Source: Trichosphaerium sp. ATCC 40318
Taxonomy: Eukaryota > Protista > Tubulinea
DNA: 42,762 bases
Direction of reading: 5' to 3'
NCBI GenBank assembly: GCA_038496445.1
Contig: JALMLS010000457.1
Span: 1 to 42,762 of the forward strand
Part shown: piece by piece, positions 10,101 through 20,579 of the stretch
Layout of the letters: the number at the start of each line of letters is the position of its first letter
Position numbering within the stretch: the stretch's first letter is position 1
Made by a program: the position numbers and the translations under genes
The notes under the pieces: generated by a model
Told to the model about the DNA's origin: nothing
Databases searched by the model: none
The model's input: the letters and a program-made list of their open reading frames with translations, nothing else

Positions 10101-12560
10101 GTTGGAGTGGGAGCAGTACTTGCACAGAAGATTCATGGAAAAGAAACAGTCATCTCATATTTCAGCAAAAGTTTGAATACAGCACAACGCAACTACTCCA
10201 CCACAGCCAAAGAATGTCTGGCAGTAATCATGGCTGCAGAACGCTACCGTCCATACATTGCAAGTAATGAAGTTATTTTTGTTACCGACCATGAATCGTT
10301 GAAATGGTTATTGACAACCAAACACGTCCGTCAAAAGTTTGCACGATGGGTCTTCGCTTTGCAAGAATACACATTCACAATTGAACAACGGGCTGGTAGA
10401 CTACATGGCAATGCAGACGCTCTATCAAGACCACCTTTTACAAAAGGAGTGTCGATCAAACCCTTCAGTGGATTCAGTACTGAACGCCTACGAGTGTGTC
10501 AAAATCATGATGAATTTTGCAGAAATATAATAAATTACATACGCACTAAACACCTGCCACTTGACCAAACAGCTGCACGAAACGTGGTTGCACTGGCCAG
10601 GTTTATGTGGATAAATGACGAGGGCATATTGAATCACATCTGGTTACCCTCAGTACCAAAAGTTAAGCAATCAGTCTCCCAGGTGGTTGTACCTCAAACA
10701 CTTATAATTGAAGTACTCAAAAGCCACCATGACGAAAATGGTCACTTAGGTTTTTACAAAACCTTCAACTCAATTCGTAGTAAATACTACTGGCCAGGGT
10801 ATTACAGACAAGTTAAAGACTACATCGATAGTTGCAAGTTATGTCAAACCAAAAAGATCCGTCGGGGCAAACAACCTGGCAAGTTGATGCCAATGGTTGC
10901 CAGTTTTCCATGGCAACGCATGGCAATTGACATTGTTGGACCTTTGAAGCGTACACGCCTTGGAAATACAAATATTGTGGTATTTTGTGATTATTTCACA
11001 AAATGGGTTGAAGCATTTGCTATTCGCAACCCAACCACTGAGGTAATTGCAAAACTATTGTTCGACAGAGTCATTGCGCGTTTTGGTTATCCGGAACAAC
11101 TATTAACTGATAGAGGGTCACAATTCATGAGCTCACTCATGAAAGACCTACTCCAATTGTTTAAAATTCGCAAATTATCAACCAGTTCATATCATCCTCA
11201 GACTGATGGTCAAGTTGAACGTTTTAACCATACTCTAGCTGAAATGCTGGGTATATTCTGTGATCAAGAGTTTCAGACTGACTGGGATGAATACCTTCCA
11301 CAATGTTTACAAGCATACCGAACCACCCACCATGTTGCAACTGGTGAAACACCATTCTTTTTAATGTTTGGTCGACATCCACGTAGACCAATTGATTTAC
11401 AAGTTATTCCTGAAACACCCACCTCAGTAACATTGTACAAATCACGTATGATGGAAGCCCTCCACAAAGCGCATAAGATAGCACGAAACCGTATGTTAGA
11501 TGCAGCAACCAAAGCACAAGCGTACCGAAATTCACGCACCTCAAGTACTATCTTTAGAGTGGGAGACAAGGTTTTAATGTGGCAATACACACCGACACCA
11601 GGATTGACAAAGAAATTACAACACAGATGGAGAGGTCCATACGTAATAGTCAAGAAGGTGAATGATAATGCATACATGCTTAACTTCAAAAGCAATACGA
11701 GAATGCATAATGTAGTAAGCATCAAATTCCTTAAAAAGTATAATGACAGAGATCCACTACCACAAAGCTCACGCTACCCTCCAACGACCACAAAAGTAAA
11801 GCCTAAAGAAATGGTATTAAGAAAAGCTACATCGAATGATGACTCGGATTCAGATGAGGAAATAGAGGAGGAAGACCACGACAATAACAACGAAACCCAA
11901 ATCAATGATGCACCAGAACAACAAATTGATCCACCAGCGGATCATGATGAAGCACATGACGCACAGATAGAACCGCCAAGTAGTGACACAGAATCAAACA
12001 CAGACGAAAGCAACAATGACTCAAAAGATGAAGAATCAAGTGTTACCGGCTCAGAAGATACCAGCAGAGAGGAAGACGACGATGACGGAAATGATGACAC
12101 AGACTGGAGACAATTTAAATTAAATAAAGCACCAATCATTTCAGTCAAACCATCAGATGAAACTAAACAAAAGAAGAAACAGAAACCACAAGGGACAATA
12201 GAATTGACTGATGAAAACATTGAAGACGCATTCTATCCAGAACAACCACCTACACCTCCAAAAAGAATACGAAGATCACCACGAACAGCTGGAGAAGCGA
12301 AAGTGCAAGATGTCTTTTTACTACAGCTAAAAGACATTCACTTAAAGATGATTTCAACATACAGCAATGACGCAACCAAATTCCGTACTGCATTAAAAAC
12401 GATAATTGATGGTTACGTTGCTAACACGAATCAACGAACGCGTCTAAATAAGGAAATAAATACAGCCGCAAACAAACAAGCACTAATGACAATCGTGAAA
12501 CGCTGGATGACGGCATCCTCCGACTCAATAAAGATTCGGAAGAGTCTATCCACTAAATAG
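7170..12560 (+). CDS. Gag-Pol polyprotein (single ORF): Gag, CCHC knuckle, protease, RT, RNase H, integrase, C-terminal extension
   Basis: CYSCGQPGHIARRC; DSGA; RFCVDYRKLN, MPFGL, YIDD; TDAS; HHCC zinc finger, D..TDRG..ERFN, GPY motif; domain order PR-RT-RH-IN. Confidence 0.97.
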   Translation: MLEELNNIDDAIEAYTPAFKARVQAVENGNPAVDAANNPIFVPPKYPTVPKGAIKPFSGDFVVDKISIDDWLDKLKSISEFSDWEERQYEIVLRNFIIGQALETVKPADGSGISTVSHAIIIKALLERYGRKANAVLKKHEFNILKMELGEDVSIFMGRFNNAAREARMTDPVALRDAFCIKLVPAELAQYVLLQRPPTVQKASEIAMFHISVMKAMVKPAPVPAPIPITDPAPIQVVQRNNQRPIQCYSCGQPGHIARRCPNRGYNRNHPNGYQRYRPNQRRGQFDNYRARPNNFRRNQRFQGQSFNRNNRRQGQYIRMITNDGEDQYYDDEVYDDERGYDDYDDEGYDYQVNMIKSANNADKAAVLTTMTTFRNENVTLTKETIVDSGAVRSIFPFKMLKSMKVTELEPTKATLRGASHEPLKVMGTVTFQIKIGRSKHCWIRFIVVEDFDQPLIGMDTILAMKITIDAPNYRLIFNNDPATSTKCIQSLPKGTNVALVVTHSVVLEPRSYTFVPVRVRQPQASGVMLIEAGERFKDMSGTAVERAVVMVQGGKTGIRVANFSNEPTGVIKGLILAKGNWMDNDRINAIRSTELREAQSILKDLKDAKTFSSDMATIQDMFDLSNSSLNDEQKLLLTSFLAKYKHLFIKNTKRPPKSKMPAHNIETGSARPIKSQPYRVSPSEADYLWKRINTMLEDGIIRESNSPWSFPVVIAPKSDGTLRFCVDYRKLNGVTKKDSYPIPRVEEALDSVAGAIYFTTLDQPSGYWHIEVAEQDKQKTAFTTKFGLFEFNRMPFGLVNAPATFQRYMEVLLNGLTWKYALVYIDDIIIFTKTFEQHLLALALIFKRFDKYSHSLNAKKCSFCVPEVKYLGHVVTRNGVKPDKNKIAAIIDMTKPTNVKDLRSFLGIVNYYRSFIPAYTEMVHELYELLKNDVPFNWTAKHDKSVSQIKQALTNTPILGYPNFNEPFILYTDASNVGVGAVLAQKIHGKETVISYFSKSLNTAQRNYSTTAKECLAVIMAAERYRPYIASNEVIFVTDHESLKWLLTTKHVRQKFARWVFALQEYTFTIEQRAGRLHGNADALSRPPFTKGVSIKPFSGFSTERLRVCQNHDEFCRNIINYIRTKHLPLDQTAARNVVALARFMWINDEGILNHIWLPSVPKVKQSVSQVVVPQTLIIEVLKSHHDENGHLGFYKTFNSIRSKYYWPGYYRQVKDYIDSCKLCQTKKIRRGKQPGKLMPMVASFPWQRMAIDIVGPLKRTRLGNTNIVVFCDYFTKWVEAFAIRNPTTEVIAKLLFDRVIARFGYPEQLLTDRGSQFMSSLMKDLLQLFKIRKLSTSSYHPQTDGQVERFNHTLAEMLGIFCDQEFQTDWDEYLPQCLQAYRTTHHVATGETPFFLMFGRHPRRPIDLQVIPETPTSVTLYKSRMMEALHKAHKIARNRMLDAATKAQAYRNSRTSSTIFRVGDKVLMWQYTPTPGLTKKLQHRWRGPYVIVKKVNDNAYMLNFKSNTRMHNVVSIKFLKKYNDRDPLPQSSRYPPTTTKVKPKEMVLRKATSNDDSDSDEEIEEEDHDNNNETQINDAPEQQIDPPADHDEAHDAQIEPPSSDTESNTDESNNDSKDEESSVTGSEDTSREEDDDDGNDDTDWRQFKLNKAPIISVKPSDETKQKKKQKPQGTIELTDENIEDAFYPEQPPTPPKRIRRSPRTAGEAKVQDVFLLQLKDIHLKMISTYSNDATKFRTALKTIIDGYVANTNQRTRLNKEINTAANKQALMTIVKRWMTASSDSIKIRKSLSTK

Positions 12561-12813
12561 GATAGAGAAATATCCTAACAAACAACGTATCCAAAAAGGA
12601 TACACTCTTTTAGTATAGATACTCAAACAAGAAAAAAGGAAAAGAAGTCTATTTATTTAATCCACAAAATTAAAATTAATTTACAGAGTTTTTGTGCACG
12701 TGGGCCGCAAAAGCCGCAAATTCACTTGGGCCGCAAGGGCCGCAAGATATAGGGCCTTAATGATGTGATCACCATGTTAAGGTTCATTAAACTTGCTTAT
12801 ACCACTTATAAAC

Positions 12814-13545
12814 ATGGAACAAATGCATCAAGTAGAGATTGAAGGAATCACCAATAAACTGGCAGGAACAAAAAGCCATGAAATCATTCCGGAAGATCAC
12901 ACACCTGGTCATCTTACGCACGCAACTACAACCCGTCTACACGAAGTCCTCCAGAATATGATTCAAGACCTCGAATTGGGCCGTAGAGAAGCAGAAGCGA
13001 TTTCAGCTTTCATTTCGACAGCACCACGTCTATTGGAGATAGTACAGTCCCTACAATCCCGTCAAACTAGCCTTCTACGCCGCCAGTACCTGATAAGTAG
13101 AATGAGGGAACAACTACCTCAAAACCAACCAGATCAGCTCCAAAATGACCCAATGGACGTCAGTGAACAGCTAGCAGACCCCCTGACTGTATATTATGGT
13201 GATGATGAAATACAAGTGGATCAAACGTACCCGGACCACTCTCATTACCAGTTTGATGAAGATGGTCGCCTATTGGACACATCTATCAACAATGATAAGG
13301 TGTCTCAAGTACCTTGCCTTACCATGTCTTGCTACGACGAACCTGATGAACCTAAAGAACCAGAAAACGAGAATCCAGCACTCCCAGAACCATTGGAGAT
13401 GGAACACGATGATGGGACCATCAGCATCGATTTTGCAAAGGCGTATGAAACTGAACAGCTCTCTCCTAAGTATGAATTAATCAAGTCCTCTGATGAAGAA
13501 GATGTTACACCATACGATGACGATTATTTCTGTGCATTGGATTAG
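12814..13545 (+). CDS. Additional ORF at the env position of Gypsy element 1 (243 aa, helical N-half, acidic C-half, no TM)
   Basis: Uninterrupted ORF between pol stop and PPT, same strand; first in-frame ATG at 12814. Confidence 0.7.
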   Translation: MEQMHQVEIEGITNKLAGTKSHEIIPEDHTPGHLTHATTTRLHEVLQNMIQDLELGRREAEAISAFISTAPRLLEIVQSLQSRQTSLLRRQYLISRMREQLPQNQPDQLQNDPMDVSEQLADPLTVYYGDDEIQVDQTYPDHSHYQFDEDGRLLDTSINNDKVSQVPCLTMSCYDEPDEPKEPENENPALPEPLEMEHDDGTISIDFAKAYETEQLSPKYELIKSSDEEDVTPYDDDYFCALD

Positions 13546-13554
13546 CTTCAAGCT

Positions 13555-13567
13555 AAACAGGGAGGAA
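13555..13567 (+). promoter_or_regulatory. Polypurine tract of Gypsy element 1
   Basis: aaacagggaggaa directly before the 3' LTR. Confidence 0.85.
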
Positions 13568-13712
13568 TGTTATGAACGTGTTTCATGTAAATACTATTCA
13601 ACAAATAGTATTTCAGAGAAACGCATCCCACAATAAATAAAATATATATGTACCTTTTGTAACTCCTGTAAATCTAAATAAATACGCTTTGACTTTATTC
13701 TGCAGCATAACA
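13568..13712 (+). repeat. 3' LTR of Gypsy element 1
   Basis: Identical to 6824-6968, followed by TSD TATCT. Confidence 0.97.
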
Positions 13713-14290
13713 TATCTGCTAATCCCTAACAGAATCTGTAACAAACTCGAAGAGTTTTTTTTTCATCAAAGGAACTCTGTCAATATAAACAGGAACTTAC
13801 ACCCAGAAGCTCTAATAATATAACGCCACTTTTTAAATCTTCTACCAAATCTTTTATGGCAACATTTTCACCTAGCTCGCTCATGTGGGTATTACACCAT
13901 CCTTTGAAAGCCTAAAAAAATTAGATTAGATAACACGTGCGTAGCCACTGGCGATAACAAAAAAGATAACCGCCGTTTAGGAACTGTAAAACTAGAAAGC
14001 CAAAACTCTGTAATAACGCGTTTTAAAGACTACTTACATTCTTTTGGGATCGTATCCAACCACTTTGATCTTTTTGAGACATGTTTGGGTGTAAAAAAAA
14101 ACTGCTGGTGCTCGTAAAGTGGCACTTTGTTGAAATGAAGAAACAGGAAAAAATGTGATTTCGAGCCAGAAAAAAGGAACTAGTAGACACGTGCTGGAGC
14201 CTTTTTTTTTTTTCAAACAAGAGGCGAGCGCCGTAGCCCTCACTTTATTCATAATAATAATTACAAGATAATTACATCGAAAAAAATCAC

Positions 14291-14551
14291 CATCCCAGCT
14301 TGCCCGATCAGGCTCCGAAATTTGTTCTCACAAATTTTGGAGGGCCACGTGCCAGCGTAGTACAATAAATGATTGAATAATAAGAAAATAAAAGGAATAT
14401 AGTGCTATTAAAAGAACAAATAAATTTTTGTAAAATTAAAGCATAAAATAAAAAGAAAAGAGAAAAGAACCAATAACTAGACTCATCCCAGCTTGCCCAA
14501 TCAGGCTCCGAAATTTGTTCTCACAAATTTTGGAGGGCCACGTGCCAGCGT
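14291..14551. repeat. Two ~68-bp GC-rich direct repeats in the LINE 3' UTR (about 14291-14358 and 14483-14551)
   Basis: catcccagcttgccc(g/a)atcaggctccgaaatttgttctcacaaattttggagggccacgtgccagcgt, one mismatch, contains a 12-bp stem. Confidence 0.9.
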
Positions 14552-16585
14552 CATGTAAATTAATTAATTGTAATCGTCTTCCCATTCAATAAATCCAATT
14601 CGTTTAACTTGTTTTGATTTACGCTTTTTGAGTGAAGGAGCCAAATGCTTGGATAGAATAACGGTACCATCTCTGTTAAAACCATCTATACCATGACCAA
14701 TAGCAAATGCAGGAGTATTGCGCTGTCTACGCTTAAAGAGCCACTCCTCTGAACCCACAGTACCATAATCCAAGGAAACTTGAGAACCATCCAATCTTCT
14801 AACTATAGATACAGCAGTGACATTATCAAACCACGATGGTTTATCAAAAGATTCACGATCTATGGTCAAAGAAAGCCACTTGTAAAATCTAAGGCGTAAC
14901 GTTTGAGCAGACATCCACTTGTACTTCGGGACATTATGTTTCACATCATTCCTTATAATCCACGTAAAAGCCATAATAGCACCTAAACAAAACAAAGTAG
15001 CAGGTTTTTTACATTTGATTAAATTTTGCTCTGTCAAAGCAGGTACGTTAAATTCTTCTATGAGATCTGACAGTACATCTCTAATACTAGCAACAACTTC
15101 CCAACCGTAGAATAGCTCCTCATGTTTTTCTGGAGGCATAGCGTCTTTGACATGAGTCACAGGCATCACCCTCATTATCACTCTCCATATAACATCTCTG
15201 ACATAATTCGCTGATTTAAGTTCTAACAATGCAGGCAAACAGGTACACTGATCTTTGATAGCAAACCACGAACGCTTCCAACGTGGAACTGATTGAATGA
15301 GCTTGATTTTCATCACGTGTTTAAGCTTTCTAGGTTTAGCTTTGAGACTAACGTTTAAGGAACACCACACATCTCTGCACTTTTTACCTAAATCTGTACC
15401 AGCAAACCATACTTCCGAATAAAGAGTACCTTTGATCAAGTGCCTTTCCCACAATGTCGCTTTAAACCCAGTAGCTATCTGCGCTATAGAAAAAAGTTGT
15501 AAACCACCATTTTTGTAGCACTGATTCATGTGAGTCCAAGGGACACGTGATTTATGAATGCTGTGATTGTAAACGTATGAACTTTCCCAAAGAAACCAAT
15601 TAATAATTGAATGATACCTAGGAACAAGGTGAACAGGAAAATCAAGTGCTCTAGCACAATAAATCAACTTAGCTTGAGCGTAGCTCCTTATAACGCTAAT
15701 CTTTTGACGTATTGTAGAGCACATGGGTTTCCATTTCATCAAACAAGCTTCAATTTTCTCAATCGCTGATTCCCAATCATAACCCAATCCATCATCATCC
15801 AACCGAAGACCCAAGTACTTAATCCATGTGCCATTGTCAAACATTTTGTTTTCGTCTTTGTTACCTACAATATTCGCTTGAAAACACTTTGAACTGTTAA
15901 CAGAAAGACCAGTAGCAAGCTTATATTTGTCTAAATACTTGTTAAGATAAACAATATCGTTTTTAGAGCTGGCATTCAGAATGAGATCGTCAGCAAAGAA
16001 TAAATTCTTTACACAGACATTGCCAGGAAGTGTAACACCAGCAATTTTTGATACTTTGTTGATGAAAGAGTTGAGAGGTTCTACTATTAGAGCAAACAAA
16101 TAAGGGCTGATAGGATTGCCTTGACCTGTACCACGTTTTGTTGTAAAAGAGCCTTCACTGATGCTGTTGTTAATACGCACTTTAACATCAAGGCGCAGAG
16201 CATGTACAATTGCCTCAGCAAACTCAGACTTGTACCCAATAAATTTTAATATACGGATCAATGCCAAATGACTACAAGAGTCAAAAGCCTTTCTGAAATC
16301 ATATGCAATAAGACTCAGCCACTTTAATTCTTTTTTACAAAAACTAATAACTTCTAGAGTTGTTATGAGATTGTCAACAATATCTCGCCCTGGTATGAAT
16401 CCATTTTGCGATTCCAAAATGTATTTTTGCATGAATGGAGTCATACGGTTGTAAAATACTTTCATAAATATTTTATAGTCAACGTTTGCTAAAGTAATTG
16501 GACGGTAGTTACTCAAATCAGAAGCGTCTCCTTTTTTAAAGATAGGTACAATGATTCCCTTACACAGACGCTCATCAACCTCACC

Positions 16586-18562
16586 CAGGTCTGAAAATTA
16601 TCATGGTATAATACCATATTTTATGGTATAATCACCTTTTATGGTACAAGCTCAGTATAATCCATAATTATACCATATAATTATACCATAAAATATGGTA
16701 TAATACCATGTTTTTTGGACAAATGGTATAACAGCCATTATACCATGTTTATACCATATCTCAATTTATAGAATATAATTATACCATAAAACATGGTACT
16801 ATACCATGGTATTATACTGCATTTTAAAGTATATTATACCATGCATTATACCATATAATTATACCATAAAACATGGTACTATACCATGGTATTATACTGC
16901 ATTTTAAGGTATATTATACCATGCATTATACCATATAATTATACCATAAAACACAGTATTATACCACGGTATTATACTGTATTTTACAGTATTGTATACC
17001 ATGCATTATACCATATAATTATACCATAAAATGTGGTATTATACCGTGGTATTATACTGTATAAGTATAAGTTAGTCAAAGCTCACTTGGTCTGCACTTG
17101 ATTTAATAGCATATGGACCTACGCAAATGCCATACCACACAATGCTTTGACAGTAGCTGTTATTGAACATAATTGGCATATAAATGTGTGAAAAACAGTT
17201 TTAAGAGAGAAATCTGGTAACACGCCCCAATTACGGGCGTTTTAGGGATAAATTGGCCAACTTTCTCTGATTAATGGTATTTGAGGAAGAAACCACTCTG
17301 CGTACCCCATGTTAGAACGCTACAGTGGTAGACACACCAAAAACGCGTTTAGCGCTCGAAAAATGCCCATTCGCAAAAAACCTCCAATTGGAGGTTTTTT
17401 TCTCCGGCTCTCATTTTTTTCTCCCCTCCATAGGCATTTTTACACTCAATCAATGCCATACAGCCTCATTTACCAAATCAGGAGCAAAATTATTTATTTT
17501 TTTTTGACATTCTTGATATATGCCCCAATGTGTGTTAAACCGCGCAATTAGTGTTATAAGGCAAAGTTGTTTCAGAGCCTACCCATTTTTCGAGTTTTTT
17601 GGTTTTTTTTGGATTTTTTTGGATTTTTTTGGTTTTTTTCCTACTAAACGCCCGCATTTGCCGGAACAGATAGCATTTAGGCTCTGCACCCATGCGTTGA
17701 CCTTACGAGTGATATTATAAATTAATTGGCTAAGCCAGGGCATAAAACTAAGTCTTGACCAGTTTATCGCCCGCACAACACAAGGTACGCTAGAAAGTAG
17801 TTGTTTTAAAGCTGTTTGCCATAGGTTTTACAGGCTTAATAGGTGATATAAAAAAAACAAAACGTGTTAGCCGCCCAACCAGGTACTATTCCGCTAGAAC
17901 TCGTTTCCGATGAGGTTGGTAGCTATTTTCATTTCTTTGTTTTAGTCTTGGTTTGGCTTCACTGTGCAGGTCATTTGTTACTCTCAGTGCTGCCATCACA
18001 ACAAAACAACAATTTTTGTATGACTATTTATTTTGTGTACAAGAAACCAAGCCGGCGCTAACTCTTCTTTTAGGTTTCATGCTATATCCATTCAATGCAC
18101 TTACAGCAAGTACGATCTGTTTTTTTAAGGTTATTTGATCACTGCAAAAAAGGACATGGGCAAAACTAAAGGTCACGGATGTAAACAAAAAAAAGATGTA
18201 TTAATAAATGTGTTTTTATTTTTAGAACAGTTTTTACACGGTATAATACACCTGGTTTTGTGGTATAATCTACCAAGTTTTAAGGTATAATATACCAGGC
18301 TTTATGGTATTATACTGTGTTTTATACCATGTTTTATGGTAGAATTATACCATATAATGCATTTTTTCAGGTGAAAAAATATGGTATAAATTCGCACTTT
18401 CTACTGTATATTTATGGTATAATTTGGCTGTTTCATGGTATAAATCCTTTGATTTATGGTATATTATACTGGAATTTGTGGTATAAAATTGGAATCAATG
18501 GTATAATTATACCACAAATTCATGGTATCTACCATAAAAACAGCTCGAGAATTTTAGACCTG
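16586..18562. mobile_element. Non-autonomous TIR DNA element A (~1.98 kb), subterminal TATACCAT/ATGGTATA arrays
   Basis: Ends CAGGTCTGAAAATT / AATTTTAGACCTG; TSD CC; excision restores ORF2 frame ..FLENG|EVDERLCKGIIVPIFKKGD. Confidence 0.92.
16775..17060. repeat. 80-bp tandem repeat, about 3.5 copies, within element A
   Basis: ataccataaa recurs at 16781, 16861, 16941, 17021 with conserved intervening sequence. Confidence 0.9.
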
Positions 18563-19193
18563 CCATTTTCAAGGAACAGATTGAATAGGTTAGCCAATAT
18601 AGGAGCAAAAGTACCGCTCAATGATTTGTACAAGCACGCTGTTAAACCATCAGGCCCAGGAGCCTTGTTAATTGGGAGTTTCGCTATAACCTTAGTAACT
18701 TCCTTGACAGTAATTTTTTTGTTAAGCTTATCCACAAACTTGTTATCACACGGAATGTCCCATTTGTTAATAAACGATTCAAGTACCTTTTCTTCAATCT
18801 CCACCTCATCGTATAATTTACTGTAAAAGTTAACACCTGTGACAAGCATTTTACGAATATCAGAAGAACAATCACCATTGCCAGTTTGTAGTTCCTTAAT
18901 GTTTAATCCCGCTTTCTTGCCTTTAAGCATTTTTGTAAGAAAAGCACTTGGAACTTCCTCAAACATAGCTTTTGTTGATGCCGCTAGATTATTAAGATGT
19001 TGGTTTTTTTCCTCACAAAGAAATTGATATGTTAAGAACTCCTCTTGTGTAATATCAGTACCACTTGCTAGTTGAGAAGCAATAAGTTCACGAGCTGTAA
19101 TTTTGTTTTTTAATTCATCCTTTTGCGCTTCCTTTAAGATGTTGATCATCGCCTGTTTAGCAAAAAAGTAGTCGTCAACAGAGCAACCAAAAT

Positions 19194-20330
19194 CAGTAGT
19201 AAATTAAAAATGGGATTTTCCTCTGGAATCCTGTTAAATTCCGTGTTTTTTAAGGATTTTAGCGGAATTGTGGAAAAAATCCCTAAGCAATCTGAATTTT
19301 CGATTGGATTTTTGATGGGATATCTGCTATATTCCATTAAAATAAGGAATTCCTTGGGATTTGTAAAAAAATCCCAAACAACAATATTGGCAAATGTTGG
19401 CAGCATATCAACGGGAATAATTGAAGGGATTTTTAACGGAATTCCATATGAATTTTGTAGGGAATTCCCTTGGGATTTTTAATGGAATTCCATAGGGATT
19501 TTTAACGAAATTCCGTATGGATTTTGTGAGAATTCCTTTGAAAAATATTTTTGGTGAAAATTCAAAATTATTCATTATTTCGACAACTATCAAAGCCTTA
19601 CCTAACCAAGTTTTTTTTTAGTAAACCACATTGTCACTCTTTTATTGGTGTAGAAAACTAATGGATACAACGAAAAGACGTTTAATCAAAAAGTAAGCGA
19701 GATAAGTATTTTGGTGATTTTCATTAGCAGTGATATTTCTATATCACTTACTAATCCGTTTTGAGGCTTGTAAAGCATTTCAAAGGCCTTTACACACCAC
19801 TAGGACACGCATTTAGGGCATTAATCTCAAGTATGTTGTTTTTGAAGGTTATTTCCATTTAATTTATCAAAAAACTACTCTTTTCTTATTTTAGCTTCTA
19901 CAAATGTGTTATTAGCAATTTATGATTGCGATACCAGGTGCGATAAAATTCTTGGCCAAAGATTGGAAAGATTTGATGAGTTTGACCTGTACACGATAGC
20001 GTGTGGAACATTTGTGTTTCGTAACTAAATTATCATTGGTAAATAAAACGAATTTTGTGCTACAAGACTTGATGTAAATATTGTAAAGTATTTCAAGGTA
20101 ATTTGTTTGGAATTTCATAAAAAATCCATTGGGAATTCTGTTGTTAATCCTTAAGGAATTTCGTCCGGATTCCATAGGAATTCCATCTGGATTCCATAGG
20201 GAATTCCATTTGGATTCCATAGGGAATTCTGTCTGGATTCCATAGGAATAAAGGAAGAGATTTTCCGCTTATAAATCCTTAGGATTTTAAGACGGAATCC
20301 CTTAAAAACCCCGATTTAAATTTACCACTG
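19194..20330. mobile_element. Non-autonomous TIR DNA element B (~1.14 kb), subterminal GGAATTCC/GGATT arrays
   Basis: Ends CAGTAGTAAATT / AATTTACCACTG; removal plus one T restores ..ICEMN|FGCSVDDYFFAKQAMINIL. Confidence 0.88.
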
Positions 20331-20579
20331 TTCATCTCACAGATTATATTTTTGTTGTAAGAATTCCAGAAAACTTGATTTAGTTTAAAACTCCACTCAC
20401 TGCGTTTTGGAAAATTAAGTTCTAACAACATTAATTTATGATCTAAGTGAAAAAACCCAGTTGGAACAAGTTTAAAACTCTTCACGTGATTTTTAACATA
20501 GTCAGAAACAAAAATCATGTCTATTCTACCACCACCAAACAAAATCCTAATAAACAAATGTTTTCATAAATTTCTTTGT

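Larger units (their letters stand above)
6824..13712 (+). mobile_element. Ty3/Gypsy LTR retrotransposon 1, full length, recent
   Basis: Identical LTRs 6824-6968 and 13568-13712 (TG...CA), 5-bp TSD TATCT (6819-6823, 13713-13717), PBS, PPT, intact gag-pol. Confidence 0.97.
738..14082 (-). pseudogene. Filamin/ABP-120-like actin cross-linker (2 CH domains + 14 Ig-like rod repeats), multi-exon, coding exon disrupted by a Gypsy insertion
   Basis: Exon 1 14038-14082 MSQKDQSGWIRSQKN|GTAAGT. Exon 2 AFKGWCNTHM..IKDLVEDLKSGVILLELLG (CH1). Next exon GLADKPLPKYCKKPRTMFQMVEN is split by the LTR element. CH2 WSDGKALTALVD..AKNKFGIPSILHPEDIVDYPNDLTMATYLAYF. Then ~95-aa beta-rich repeats ending in KKG, mostly one per exon. 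Confidence 0.85.

Noticed and set aside
12814-13545. Calling the extra ORF env
   Set aside because: No signal peptide, furin site or transmembrane helix
14291-14551. Pistol, hammerhead or HDV ribozyme call for the 3' UTR repeat
   Set aside because: Only short motif coincidences; required pairings and catalytic cores could not be built
17320-17340. TA-CAGTGG as the end of a nested Tc1/mariner MITE
   Set aside because: No matching inverted end found
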